Assembly: GCF_001194135.2 (NCBI RefSeq)
Contig: NC_069001.1
Coordinates: 31,061,971 to 31,125,970, forward strand
Source of the DNA: Octopus bimaculoides
Lineage: Eukaryota
Direction: 5' to 3'
Length of the DNA: 64,000 nucleotides
Under the pieces are notes generated by a model. The model was not told the DNA's origin, searched no databases, and saw nothing but the letters and a program-made list of their open reading frames with translations. The translations under genes were made by a program, and so were the position numbers. Positions 11,676 to 23,306 of the stretch are shown here, in pieces; the stretch's first letter is position 1, and each line of letters starts with the position of its first letter.

Positions 11676-13760
11676 TGTCTTTGAATGAGTTTTCATTTTA
11701 TTTCAATTATACGATTTTGATGATTTGCTATCCACTCCATGCAAAATTCTACCATCGAAAAATGGTTTCATTTCCTTCTTTTTTTTTTTTTTAGCCGTCT
11801 TTGTGAAAACCTCTTCATCCGCCTTCCTCCTTCTCTTCTTTTTGGCCATAAAACAAATCATCATCAACACCATCATCATTGTCATCATCAGCAGCAGCAT
11901 AATCATCATGCATCATCGTCGTGGTCGTCGTCTCATCATCGTCGCCATCATCTTCATCATAACTTGTATCATCGTATCTATTAATATTATTAATATCATT
12001 ATTAATATTATTATTATTATTATTATTATTATTGCTGTTGTTGTTGTTTCTTTCGTTTTTTTATTGTCTTGCCATTGTCTATGTTATTAGGTTTGTAATG
12101 AAAACTTAATAATACAAACAAAACAATAAAAAGAACAAAAAACAACAATGTTGACGACGACAACGACGACAAGAGAAATAGAAATAGTTTNNNNNNNNNN
12201 NNNNNNNNNNNNNNNNNNNNNNNNNNNNNNNNNNNNNNNNNNNNNNNNNNNNNNNNNNNNNNNNNNNNNNNNNNNNNNNNNNNNNNNNNNNNNNNNNNNN
12301 NNNNNNNNNNNNNNNNNNNNNNNNNNNNNNNNNNNNNNNNNNNNNNNNNNNNNNNNNNNNNNNNNNNNNNNNNNNNNNNNNNNNNNNNNNNNNNNNNNNN
12401 NNNNNNNNNNNNNNNNNNNNNNNNNNNNNNNNNNNNNNNNNNNNNNNNNNNNNNNNNNNNNNNNNNNTTTTTGTTTTTGTTTTTTTATAGTTTATTCTAT
12501 TTAGGTTTTATAAGATATAGTTTTGACTATTTTTAACATGATTTGGTTATTCGTAGCAAAAGATGGCGGTGGAGGAAGAGGACGAGGGATGGGGACATGA
12601 GAGGAAAAAGGGAGCGTTTGTAGAACCGTTTGTGGCAGCAAGGATATTAAGATTAGTGTTCATGTTGTTATTAGTGAGGTAGTGGTGGTACTGGTGTTGG
12701 TGGTGGATTTGGTGGTGGTGGTGGGGTGGGGTGTAGTGGGCGTGGTGATGTTGGTGGTGGTGGTGGTGGTGTTACTGATGTTGTTGTTATCGTTGTAGAT
12801 GACTGTTATTTACCGTTCGTTTCCGCCATATTGGTCTTCTTCTGTTCGACTGAAGCGACAACACTAATAAAAATCATTTACTATTCAGAGAGAGGGGGAG
12901 ACACACAGACAAACGGAAACAGAGACAGAGAGACCGAGACAGAGAGACAAATAGACAGAGAGAGAATCAGGGAAAGACTGACAAAGAGAGTGAAGACTAA
13001 AGACAAGGAGACAACGAGAGAGACAGACAGAGAGAAGGATGCAAGTGGTGTAGGCGTATGAAACTGTTTTATTTATTGTTCGCCGAATGCGTAAAATCAG
13101 ACGAGAAAAATATATGCAGAATAAAATAAAATATTACAAGAGATCAGCTAAAATAATGAAGACGAAATTGAAAATATATAAAACATAAGACAAAAGTACA
13201 AATATTGACGCCAATTTTATTCTCATTAATGTTGGGTACTATTGTTAATAAACAATAATAGCGTTATCATTATTATATAAGAAACGGTAGTAGTAGTAGT
13301 AGTTTTAATGTCGTTTAGTTTTGGCACAGGGCCATTGATTTTGAGAGAAGAGGAATTCGATTACATCGATACCAGTTTTTATTTATTTATTTTTGTTTGT
13401 TTGTTTGTTTGATTTTAGCCTGGTACTTATTTTCGGTTTCTTTCGGCGAGCTGGCGGAACGGTGCGTTAAAAGGAAGTAGACAAACCAACACCGGTTGCC
13501 AATTACAGGTAGGGGGGGGGGTACGCAACACTAACACAAAAGCTAATATTCGTACGTCTATACAGATATATAGATAGATAGATAGATAGAGACAGACAGA
13601 TAGGCAGGTAGGTGGATGGATTGATTGATGCATTTAAAAGGTAGGTGGATAGATGGATTGATTGATTGATTGGTTGAAAGGTAGGTGGGTAGATAGAAAG
13701 ATAGATAGATAGATGGTTAGACAGACAAGCAGAGGGTCATTTTCATAGCATTTTTTCGAA

Positions 13761-13832
13761 GGCCAGATAACTGAAGAGATGGCGATGTGGGTTTCCGCGC
13801 CGACATCCGAAACTCTGAGTTTTATCATGGCT
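13761..13832 (+). ncRNA. Type I hammerhead ribozyme motif (putative)
   Basis: Stem I GGCCA-GAUAA (13761-70) / UUAUC-A-UGGCU (13822-32); core CUGAAGA (13771-77); stem II 13778-13808; GAAA (13809-12); stem III ACU-CUG-AGU; cleavage triplet GUU (13819-21). Confidence 0.75.
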
Positions 13833-14166
13833 ACCGAATATTTGTCACATATNNNNNNNNNNNNNNNNNNNNNNNNNNNNNNNNNNNNNNNNNNNNNNNN
13901 NNNNNNNNNNNNNNNNNNNNNNNNNNNNNNNNNNNNNNNNNNNNNNNNNNNNTTTGAAAATGGCTTCTCTAAGAATTATCTAACAATACATGTCAAAGGT
14001 AAAGTTGTCTTGATGTATTTGTCAAAAGTACTGTTGAGAATCATTAGAAAATGAGCGGAAGACAATAGAAGCAATGCTCTCATGATGACGATGATGATGA
14101 TGATAATAATAATAATAATAATAATAATAATTTTTACTATTATATCTCTTTAAAAAAAAAGGTAAT

Positions 14167-14408
14167 GGTTAACTTCTCGTGTCACGCTGATTCATAAAGA
14201 CCCGATTTCCGTGCCGTATAACGTCCCCACCTGGAGGGACACCGGTTAATCGTGGGGTGACTTATTTTTGCCAGCTGAGTGGATTGCAGAACAGAACATG
14301 AAATGAAATGTTTCTTCTAAAGAACACTACGCGTCGCTCGATCCAGGAACCGAAACCACAGTCTTACGATCACGAGTCCAACACCCTAACAACTAAGCTA
14401 TGCTCCTC
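14167..14408 (-). mobile_element. SINE family F copy (tRNA-like head)
   Basis: Reverse complement: GAGGAGCATAGCTTAGTTGTTAGGGTGTTGGACTCGTGATCGTAAGACTGTGGTTTCGGTTCC (A/B boxes), then ...TCCACTCAGCTGGCAAAAATAAGT; head shared with 29855, 37303 and 53526. Confidence 0.8.
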
Positions 14409-15144
14409 GACATATGTCGCTTTAGGGTGACCACATTTATCATCCCATCTGCTGCAAATTCTGTGGCGAAGGAAGAGTGGTGACGTGTGCAGAATTAACC
14501 AGCTGGAAACGCACAGTAAGTTACAGCTTTCGCCTGTCACCTGTGATTGAAACCGTGCAGAACTGACTATTCATTGGAGTGCTCATGGACGGAAAGCCCT
14601 AAATGCCATTGACTTTTAGGAAGCCCAAGGCGACGACAAACACCTACATGTATATGTATGTATATTTGATATTCTCAATTGGAAAATCAAGAAGACCAAC
14701 GTCGGAAGTCGGAAAGACATTTACTGGACACAGTAAAAACAAAAAATAAACTCTTTCAATATTTAAGCAGTTCTTTTAATTATAATTAAGCAGTTTCTTT
14801 CTAATTAATGAACTTATGTCTATTATATAATATTTGATAATATTATCCAAATGTTCTTATATATATACTTTTTAATTAACCTTTTATCAAAATATTAGCT
14901 GATAAGACTAAATTATTTTCTCCTTTGTTTATGTCTCTACTTTGAAATACTTAAATCGACTGTTACATTTAATTAAGCATTTCCCTCTTTTAAAATGTTC
15001 ATAATTATTTTTCTAAGTCAGTCATTTGTTTACGTTGTGCGGTTCTTTCATTACTTATAGTCTTTCATCCCAATACATTTGTAAACTAAATTGAAAAATA
15101 CATACGTATGTATGTACGTACATGCAAACATAAATACATACATA

Positions 15145-15540
15145 CTTTGGTAGTACTTAAGAATTAAAATAGCCACCAGGTTAAATCACAACCGGCCACA
15201 TACATCGTTGTGTGAGAGCACAAAGAAAAGATATGTCCTGATGTGGAAACCAGCTGCCCTTTGGACACGAATGTGGTTAGAAAAATACAAGAGAAAGCGG
15301 ACATCATTGGACCATTGATAAGGGGTTTGCAAATCCAGTATCCAAGATACACTTTCAGTTTGATACCTATTATTATTGGAGCTACAAAATACATACCAAC
15401 CCCTCTGGAGCAGAGTATGGCTGAACTTGGGATCTTGGGGAGAGAATGCAAATCCTTAATGCTACAAACGGTCGCGACGTCTGGAACTATACAAATCTAC
15501 AAGACCTTCATGAGATTTGAAAGAACATGGTTAAAATAGG
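15145..15540 (+). mobile_element. R4/Dong-like non-LTR retrotransposon 3' remnant (restriction-like endonuclease domain), decayed
   Basis: Across frameshifts/stops: LW*..KIATRLNHNRP(D)IVV*EHKEKIC..VETSCPLDTNVVRKIQEK...IPIIIGA...LGI...SGTIQIYKTFMRF. This fits the RPD..D/E..P.D.N...K..EK RLE pattern. Confidence 0.8.
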
Positions 15541-16533
15541 ACACTTTCCTTCACAACATTCTAGTCGGTCAAAATTTACTGTAAAATTAAAAGGAAAAAA
15601 GGAATAACATACATTTATACATACATGTATGTGATGGTATTATTGTAAAATGCTTCTTCAGGTGAGAGAGTGCTACTTGAAGGGAGAGAATCGCTTCTAG
15701 GCTTATTTTTCTTATGTTGAGTAATCACTATCGAAGGGTGAAGAGCGTACACATATATTTCCATATAATTCGTTTTCATGAGATACGGTCCATAAAATAT
15801 TTATATTTCGCTACGGCATAGTAATCCTATTAACCTGATTTTAGAACTCGATATACCTATGCTTCAGAGCAAACCGTTTGTGGAGTACAGAGAGTATATT
15901 GTATTATTCATATTCTATTATTTATATTATATATACAAACATACATATGTATGCATGTTTGCATGTATGTATGTTTGCATGCATTTGTTTACGTATGCAT
16001 CTGTGCGTAATCCCTAGGATAAGGTTCTACAAATTTATTTAACCTTTAAAACTATAAGGTTTGTTTCTACATTATTACGAATTAATTTCATGCTAGTACA
16101 ATGCGTAATATAGAAATACAGACGCGAGATTAAATATTGATTCATAGCATATTTTATAGACAAATTCTATGACCGGAACCTTTCTCAATGGGGTGTAAAC
16201 AACGTATATATTTGACTCCTTCTGGTATAAATTTTGACTGAAATCTGTATTAAATTTTATTTATATTTCACTATAGTTCCTAGTGAGTTAAATTAAATGA
16301 CTTGTCATATTCAAGTATGATATATTCTATGCGCTTAAATCTTTGGTAATTGATATCTAGACTGAACCTATTAGTGATGATGAAGTTTAACAGCAATCGT
16401 CTGACTATTTCAATTGTTATTTAACTAAGGTTTATAAGAGTATATATGTATCTGTACGCACATAGGCACGTTCCTACATAGAGATACATATATCATATAT
16501 ATATGATATATATAAAATATACGCATGGGCATA

Positions 16534-16718
16534 TATGAGGGAGTGCTGAAACATTTCTGGCATTGGGTAAAAAAGGTTATTATTTTATTTAACATATTAG
16601 CATATTCCCCTCTCAAACCCACACTTTTATTGCAGCGGTCCTTCAGTTTTTCTAAACCCTGTAAAAGAACTCGGAAAGTTGGGCCTCAAGTCAGGTCTTT
16701 CATGATACCCTTAAAGCC
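16534..16718 (-). mobile_element. Non-autonomous mariner derivative
   Basis: TA + TGAGGGAGTGCTGAAA terminus. The minus strand of 16600-16667 encodes LLQGLEKLKDRCNKSVGLRGEYA, the typical mariner transposase C-terminus (G..KL..R..KC...G.Y). Confidence 0.75.
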
Positions 16719-16859
16719 TACAGACTGCTCATCATAAAACCCAGTTTTCGGAAATGCTCTTTAAAATCAATGTATCCGTTGTCATTGGACGTAATTTGTC
16801 CATTGCCGATTTTAAAGAGCATTTCCGAAAACTGGGTTATAGGATGAGCTGTCTGTAGG
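16717..16859. mobile_element. Hairpin MITE with 52-bp inverted arms
   Basis: Arms 16717-16768 / 16808-16859 with 3 mismatches; inner 31 bp perfect; 39-nt spacer; TA-CAGAC...GTCTG-TA ends. Confidence 0.85.
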
Positions 16860-17135
16860 AGTGATCTCATGTTGATGGACTTTCATTTATTTATAACTGC
16901 CAAATTTGTATTAAAAACAATTATTCATTACCTAAGTTTCTTAATACCATATCATAAACTTCTAATGAAAATGGTAATTATACATTTTACGCTTATCAAC
17001 TTGAAACGATTTCTAACTGAGGGCAAATTCAACTTAAATCGTCCACAGGAGTGCACCATTAAAATAATTACACCGTCCAAATTACGGGCGCATTTGCTAG
17101 CACACTCACACACTCACACACACACACACACACAA

Positions 17136-17180
<45 letters not shown>

Positions 17181-17231
17181 AGCATCTCCTGCCACACACC
17201 CTGCACAAATGATTTGTTTATAGTGAACAAA

Positions 17232-17432
17232 TCTATCTTCTGTTCACTCCTTCCATCAAATCGATGTTGCCTGAACACGTATGCGTTATACCACACGTCA
17301 GGTGACGAGGTAATCGCAGAGGAACGTGAGATGAAGGATTTTCCTCAAGAACACAACGCAACACCCAGTCTTGAAACTGAAACCACGATCTCGCGATCCT
17401 GAGAGAAAGACCCTACCCATTATGCTATACAT
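17232..17432 (-). mobile_element. SINE family F-related copy with a distinct 3' tail
   Basis: aacgtgagatgaagg..ctcaagaacacaacgc...gaaaccacgatctcgcgatc matches the family F head/core in reverse. Confidence 0.65.
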
Positions 17433-18061
17433 CTGATATATATATATATATATATATATAAATTAAACTTTTTACATCAAACGTTACCGATCGTTTAAAT
17501 AAATGTATGATTTAGCTACTATAATACCAACTTAAATAATTAAAACTTTATTTGAAGGCGGCATGAAAATTATTCTTTTCTTACAAATATGACTTTTTTT
17601 TTATCTTTTATCGACAGCTTTCTAAGACACTGCGTAAAAGTTAATGAAGTCGTGTAATTAAAGGTTTTTAAGCGAAAATAGCCGTAAGACATATTAAAGT
17701 TAAATATTGATTCTTATCGTTACAAATATTGGTACACTTAGTGGAAACATTTACTCCCTCATTAATAACCTTCTCACTTCCCTTAGGTCTTACTGAAATG
17801 AATAACATTGCATTTCAAACACGTTATAATGCCCATTTCTGTTATCTTTCATCAGGGTGGTTTTAATGGTGTTTTTGAGTTTTCTATCCACCCGTGTTTT
17901 GTTTTGGGTTATATAGTCATTAGTTTGAGTTTTAAATGATGTGACCCGTGGAAATAAGATGAAGACAGTTGATAAGAAAACTTTTGACTTCTGAAAGAAA
18001 TCTTTTAAAAGACAAAAATGGGACAGCACGAAGGTTATACTCTGAAATAAAAGTACTTGTT

Positions 18062-18121
<60 letters not shown>

Positions 18122-18203
18122 CACAGTTTAATGACTTGAACTAGTAAAAGATAACAGATATACACATGCATATATATGCGTGTANNNNNNNNNNGTACTT
18201 GTT

Positions 18204-18251
<48 letters not shown>

Positions 18252-18404
18252 TATATATACATATAAATGTATATATGTATGTATATATACCTATATATGT
18301 GGGTGTGTGTGTGAATGAATGTTTGTATATGTACATATAATATGCATATTTATATACATAGTTGTATAGATGTATATAAAAGTACAAATATCTATATCTA
18401 TCTA

Positions 18405-18444
<40 letters not shown>

Positions 18445-18464
18445 CATANNNNNNNNNNNNAGAG

Positions 18465-18526
<62 letters not shown>

Positions 18527-18599
18527 AATGGGTATTATATACTTTTCTTTATTCTGGTAAATTTGACATACAGCTGTTTCCAGTAATCATTATAGGTTC

Positions 18600-19260
18600 G
18601 TTATTGGTAGGTTTGTCCAAATGACCCATTGCTCAATTGAAAAATATTGAATGGCCTTGAAGATTCGTGTAGATAGATGGACATTTATGGATAGATCAGA
18701 CATTGACACGAAACAAAAAGACATTTCATGTACATAATACAAGTCATATGTGACAAATCTGTCCCAGTGTGCAACGCCAACATACATAAAAATAGGATCT
18801 CTAGGGAAAGGAAGATTCTTATAAGACGACGGACAATGATTGCGAACCGCCTGAGCAAGTACCCCAAAAGTGATGAGAAGTATCGCCTGGAGAGAGTGCT
18901 ACTGGAGACTGACAAATGTCTGCATCAGTCTCATGAAAAGGAGAGAGCTGATAAAGAAGCTTCGGTTATAGAAAATATCAAGTCGAACCCTAAAGCTTTC
19001 TTTAAGTTTGGCCAAAAAAAAACAGCTTCAATGCGCCAAAAGATAGGACCCCTATTCCAAAAAGATGGCTCCCACACAGAAAATTCCATGACGATAAGTT
19101 TGATATCAAACGAACAGTTCCAAAGTGTATTGACTACACCCCTGGGATAAAGGAAAGTGAAAAAAACAGCAGAATTCTTTGCCACTTTACCTGTAACCAA
19201 AGAGGCAACAATTGAGTGCATTAACATTGAAGAAGATGCAACACTGTCCATAGGGGAAGG
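18600..19260 (+). mobile_element. CR1-group LINE remnant (linker between endonuclease and RT)
   Basis: ORF 18728-19150 contains IENIKSNPKAFFKFGQKK...IGPLFQKDGSHTEN...ISNEQFQSVLTTP, matching the IK.NPK.F..Y.K...IGPL....G......LN.QF.SVFT motif; upstream QLKNIEWP*RF. Confidence 0.75.
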
Positions 19261-19271
19261 TGACAAAAGCC

Positions 19272-19320
19272 GATGACGGGTTGAGTTTATCTGTATTTGT
19301 TGAGTTTTTCTTTTTCCCCT

Positions 19321-19354
<34 letters not shown>

Positions 19355-19475
19355 TATATACATATATCCATACATATATGTACGGATATATGCATATATT
19401 TATTTATTTAAATATATATATATATCAGGGGAAAAAGAAAAACTCAACAGATAGAGATAAACTCAACCCCTCATC
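19272..19475. repeat. 49-bp inverted repeat flanking a (TA)-rich spacer
   Basis: 19272-19320 vs 19427-19475, 3 mismatches. Confidence 0.9.
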
Positions 19476-19683
19476 AGTTGTCGACCAAATGTTCTCCGTA
19501 TATCGACAGAGAAAGAAAGAAAGAAAGAAAGAAGGAAGGAAAAAAGGAAAACTAAGCCGCGAGTCGCAACTATGTATGAGATTGCTTGCTCCAAAATCTC
19601 GTTATTTGTATAAATATACATCTTGTCAGAAATCGTGAGATTGTAATACTAGAATGTTTTTACAGCGTGAATGTATGTATGCA

Positions 19684-19735
<52 letters not shown>

Positions 19736-20423
19736 GATGCGGTTGGTACACGTATCGGCGTATGTAATAGGGTTATTATAAAACATGGCCACCACACTCA
19801 GAACATACACCAATTTTAACCTCCATCAAATCCCACAGTCGCCTCCATCTCATAGAACCTAGCTGCCTTCATTTTCCGTTTCCTCTCTTCCTTTTCATTA
19901 TTCATTTATTTTTCCAATAATAAGTCTGTTACTAAAATCCATTAATCAAAACAAAAGAGAACTCCAAACAATTACTGTCTTTCCCATCACATCCCACCCT
20001 AATATTTTATTCCAAGTTTTGCTAGCCAGAGGTCAATTAGGCCAAATGTATCATCCTGCCATAGAAATTCATCGCTTACAATAATGTCATTTCAATGAAA
20101 ACTGCCGAAATTCTCAGACAACCTTAATACCTCTTTGCATTCTGCATTTACTTTCTCTTTCGGTTTTACTTTCACTTTGCTAGTTGACTCATATTTCTTT
20201 TTTATTTCTCGTCTTTTCTTCTTTTTCTGTTCCTTTTCATTGCATTGTTTTCGCCTTGCCTTTTTCTACTTATTATTCTCTATTACTAATATGTTTCTTC
20301 TATTTCTTCTTATTTCTGTCATACTCATCTCTCATTCAACTTCTTCTATTTCTTTATTTCTGTCATTCTTCTTCTTCCTCTTCTTCTTTTTTTCTTCTTC
20401 CTCTACTACTACTACTAATGCTG

Positions 20424-20458
<35 letters not shown>

Positions 20459-20459
<1 letters not shown>

Positions 20460-20606
20460 AGGCGTCGAGCTGGCAAAATCGTGAGCACGCCGGGTTTTGC
20501 CTTTCATCTTTCGGTGTCGATAAATTAAGTACCAGCTGCGTACTGAGTCGATCTAATCGACTAGCCACCTCCCCCAAAATTTCAGGCCTTGTACCTCGTA
20601 AAAAGG

Positions 20607-20650
<44 letters not shown>

Positions 20651-20850
20651 CATTATTATTACTATTAAGGCGGCGAGCTGGCAGAATCGTTCTGGCAAAA
20701 TGCTTAGCAATATTTCGTCTGTCACTATGTTATGAGTTCAAATTCCATCGAGGTCGACTTTGACTTTCATCCTTTCGAAGTCGATAAAATAAGTACCAGT
20801 TGAACACTCACTCCTCCCACAAAATAGCTGCCCTTGTGGCAAAATTTGAA

Positions 20851-20888
<38 letters not shown>

Positions 20889-21104
20889 TATTATCATGGC
20901 AGCGAGCTGGCAGAATCGTTAGCACACTGAACGAAATGCTTAGCGGTATTTCGTCCGTCGCTCCGTTCTGAGCTCAAATTCCACCGAGATCGGCTTTGCG
21001 TTTCCTCTTCTCAGGGTCGATAAAATAAGTACCTGGGATCGATGTAATCGACTCATCCGCTCTCCCAGAATTGCTGCCTTTTTGGATAAATTTGAAACCA
21101 TTAT
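20459..21104 (+). mobile_element. Head-to-tail array of three SINE family A copies (20459-20612, 20667-20855, 20896-21104)
   Basis: Each starts (AA)GGCRKCGAGCTGGCA(G/A)AATCGT and ends in the family tail; copies are separated by (TTA)n. Confidence 0.9.
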
Positions 21105-21128
21105 CATCATCATCATCATTATTATTAT

Positions 21129-21166
<38 letters not shown>

Positions 21167-21860
21167 TTATTGTCTTTTCTTCATCCTTTCATCTTTTTCC
21201 TCTTCGTCTTTTCCTCCTGCTACTTCTGTCCTTCTTCAAATTAGTCTTCTTTACCTCCAGGGTCTTCTTTTCCTCTTTCTCCTTTTCCTTCTTCTTCTGC
21301 TATCACTACTACGATTTCTTCTTCTTCATCATCATAAACCTCTTTTTCCTTCTAATTAACCGTCTTTCCATTCATTATCTTCTTTACCTTCTTTTCCCGT
21401 CCTCCTCATTCTTCATATTCCTGTCCTCCTCCTCCTCCTCATTCTTCATATTCCTTTCTTCCTCCTCCTCCTCCTACTACTACTACTCCTGTTGCTAATA
21501 ATACTGCTATTATTTTCTCTACTTCTTTTTCGTCTTTTCATCATACCTTTCCTCTCTTTTCTTTAATCTTATTTTCTATCGCCGTTCTCTTTGTTTTCTT
21601 TTTTCTTTTCATTTTCTTCTATTCTGTTTCTCTACTCGAAGCTATTGACCTATCTGTGTAACCCAATAATCCCTGACAAACTCGTTTTACGGGTTACTTG
21701 ATAAGAATCAATAGCTACAAACGATATATAATCAAACATCAAATATTAGTGATACATGCCTTAAGACAGACATGTCAGGAACACCGGGTAGCGATTCACA
21801 CACTTTCAGCTTTACAAACATACATACATAACATACATTCATACAATGATAGATAGAGAA

Positions 21861-21898
<38 letters not shown>

Positions 21899-22016
21899 TT
21901 ACATAATCACAGGCCTACACTTCTATATCTATGACCATCAAAAAACCTATCTTTTTTCTTATATATATGCATATACATACTGACATACATACATACATAC
22001 GTTAATATATATAATC

Positions 22017-22118
<102 letters not shown>

Positions 22119-22143
22119 AGAATGGGAAAGGTAAATAAGAGTC

Positions 22144-22371
22144 ACATATGTTTCATAGCTAAACTTTATGTGTTAAATAACTCGTAACACGTAAAGAATC
22201 TATTTAGCATGGAGAAGAGTGAATGGAACACTAATTTAGACACTCTTTTTATTTCTTCTCCATGCCATGATATAAGCAATTCGAAAATAAACGGAGCTGA
22301 TGATTAACTAGACTATTTTTGTGCGTGTCACGAGTTATTTAACGCATAAAGTGTAGCTATGAAACATATGT
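22144..22371. mobile_element. MITE/foldback with 48-bp terminal inverted repeats and an internal hairpin
   Basis: 22144-22191 vs 22324-22371 with 3 mismatches; inner perfect 12-bp IR gcatggagaaga 22207-22218 / 22254-22265. Confidence 0.85.
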
Positions 22372-22559
22372 TGTCTGTATGTGCCGTTTATATTCTCTAT
22401 GTTCTTTGATTTTTATTCACATATTTAGCAATCCTTGTTATTAAACCGTAAGTTGTATGGTGTAACTCAACATACTGAAATTTCTATCGATTTCAGTATG
22501 CAGAAATGTATGTCATACCTAGAATATTATACATTCTTTATCGTGTATTGACCACCTTA

Positions 22560-22899
22560 TATATATGTATATATATATATATGTATATATATATATGTAT
22601 ATATATATATGTATATATATATATGTATATATATATGTATATATATATGTATATATATATATATATGTATATATATGTATATATATATGTATATATATAT
22701 GTATGTATGTATATATATATATGTGTGTGTGTGTGTATATGTATATATATATGTATGTATGTATATATATATATGTGTGTGTGTGTATATGTATATATAT
22801 ATATGTATATGTATGTATATATATATATGTGTGTGTGTGTGTATATATATATATGTATATACATATATATATATGTGTGTGTGTGTACATATATATATA

Positions 22900-22930
<31 letters not shown>

Positions 22931-22960
22931 GTATATACATATATATATATGCGTATGTAT
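22560..22960. repeat. Compound (TA)n/(TATG)n/(TG)n microsatellite
   Basis: Direct reading; the source of many spurious YI/CV ORFs. Confidence 0.95.
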
Positions 22961-23246
22961 GTATTGTTATTTTGATTATATATGTGTGTGTGTCTTTTGT
23001 AGGTATATTTATATACACCTAAAGACGTCTATACCATCGTTTTTCTCTTACTAATTTATTTTTATGTCAGCCTACGACGTGAAAGAAAGAACGAGATCAA
23101 TCATGGTACTTCCTCTCTTTCTCTCTCTGTCTCATTCATCCTGTTTCTCTCACTATCACCCCTCTCTCACACTCATACCGACACACTATTTAGCAATCCT
23201 TGTGTATATATATATATATATATGTGTTTGTGTGCGTGCGTATGTG

Positions 23247-23306
<60 letters not shown>

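Noticed and set aside
14422-14700. TAGGGTGACCA hAT-like terminal motif
   Set aside because: No matching right TIR or 8-bp TSD found.
18052-18245. Duplicated gtacttgtttgtgtg(TA)n on both sides of a 10-N gap
   Set aside because: Most likely a contig-end overlap artefact.
20459-21104. CRISPR-like repeat-spacer appearance of SINE arrays
   Set aside because: Units are about 150-230 bp diverged retroposons in eukaryotic DNA; no cas genes or regular spacers.
22506-23054. YI/CV/HT-repeat ORFs throughout the window
   Set aside because: Translations of (TA)n/(CA)n microsatellites, which lack stop codons in some frames.
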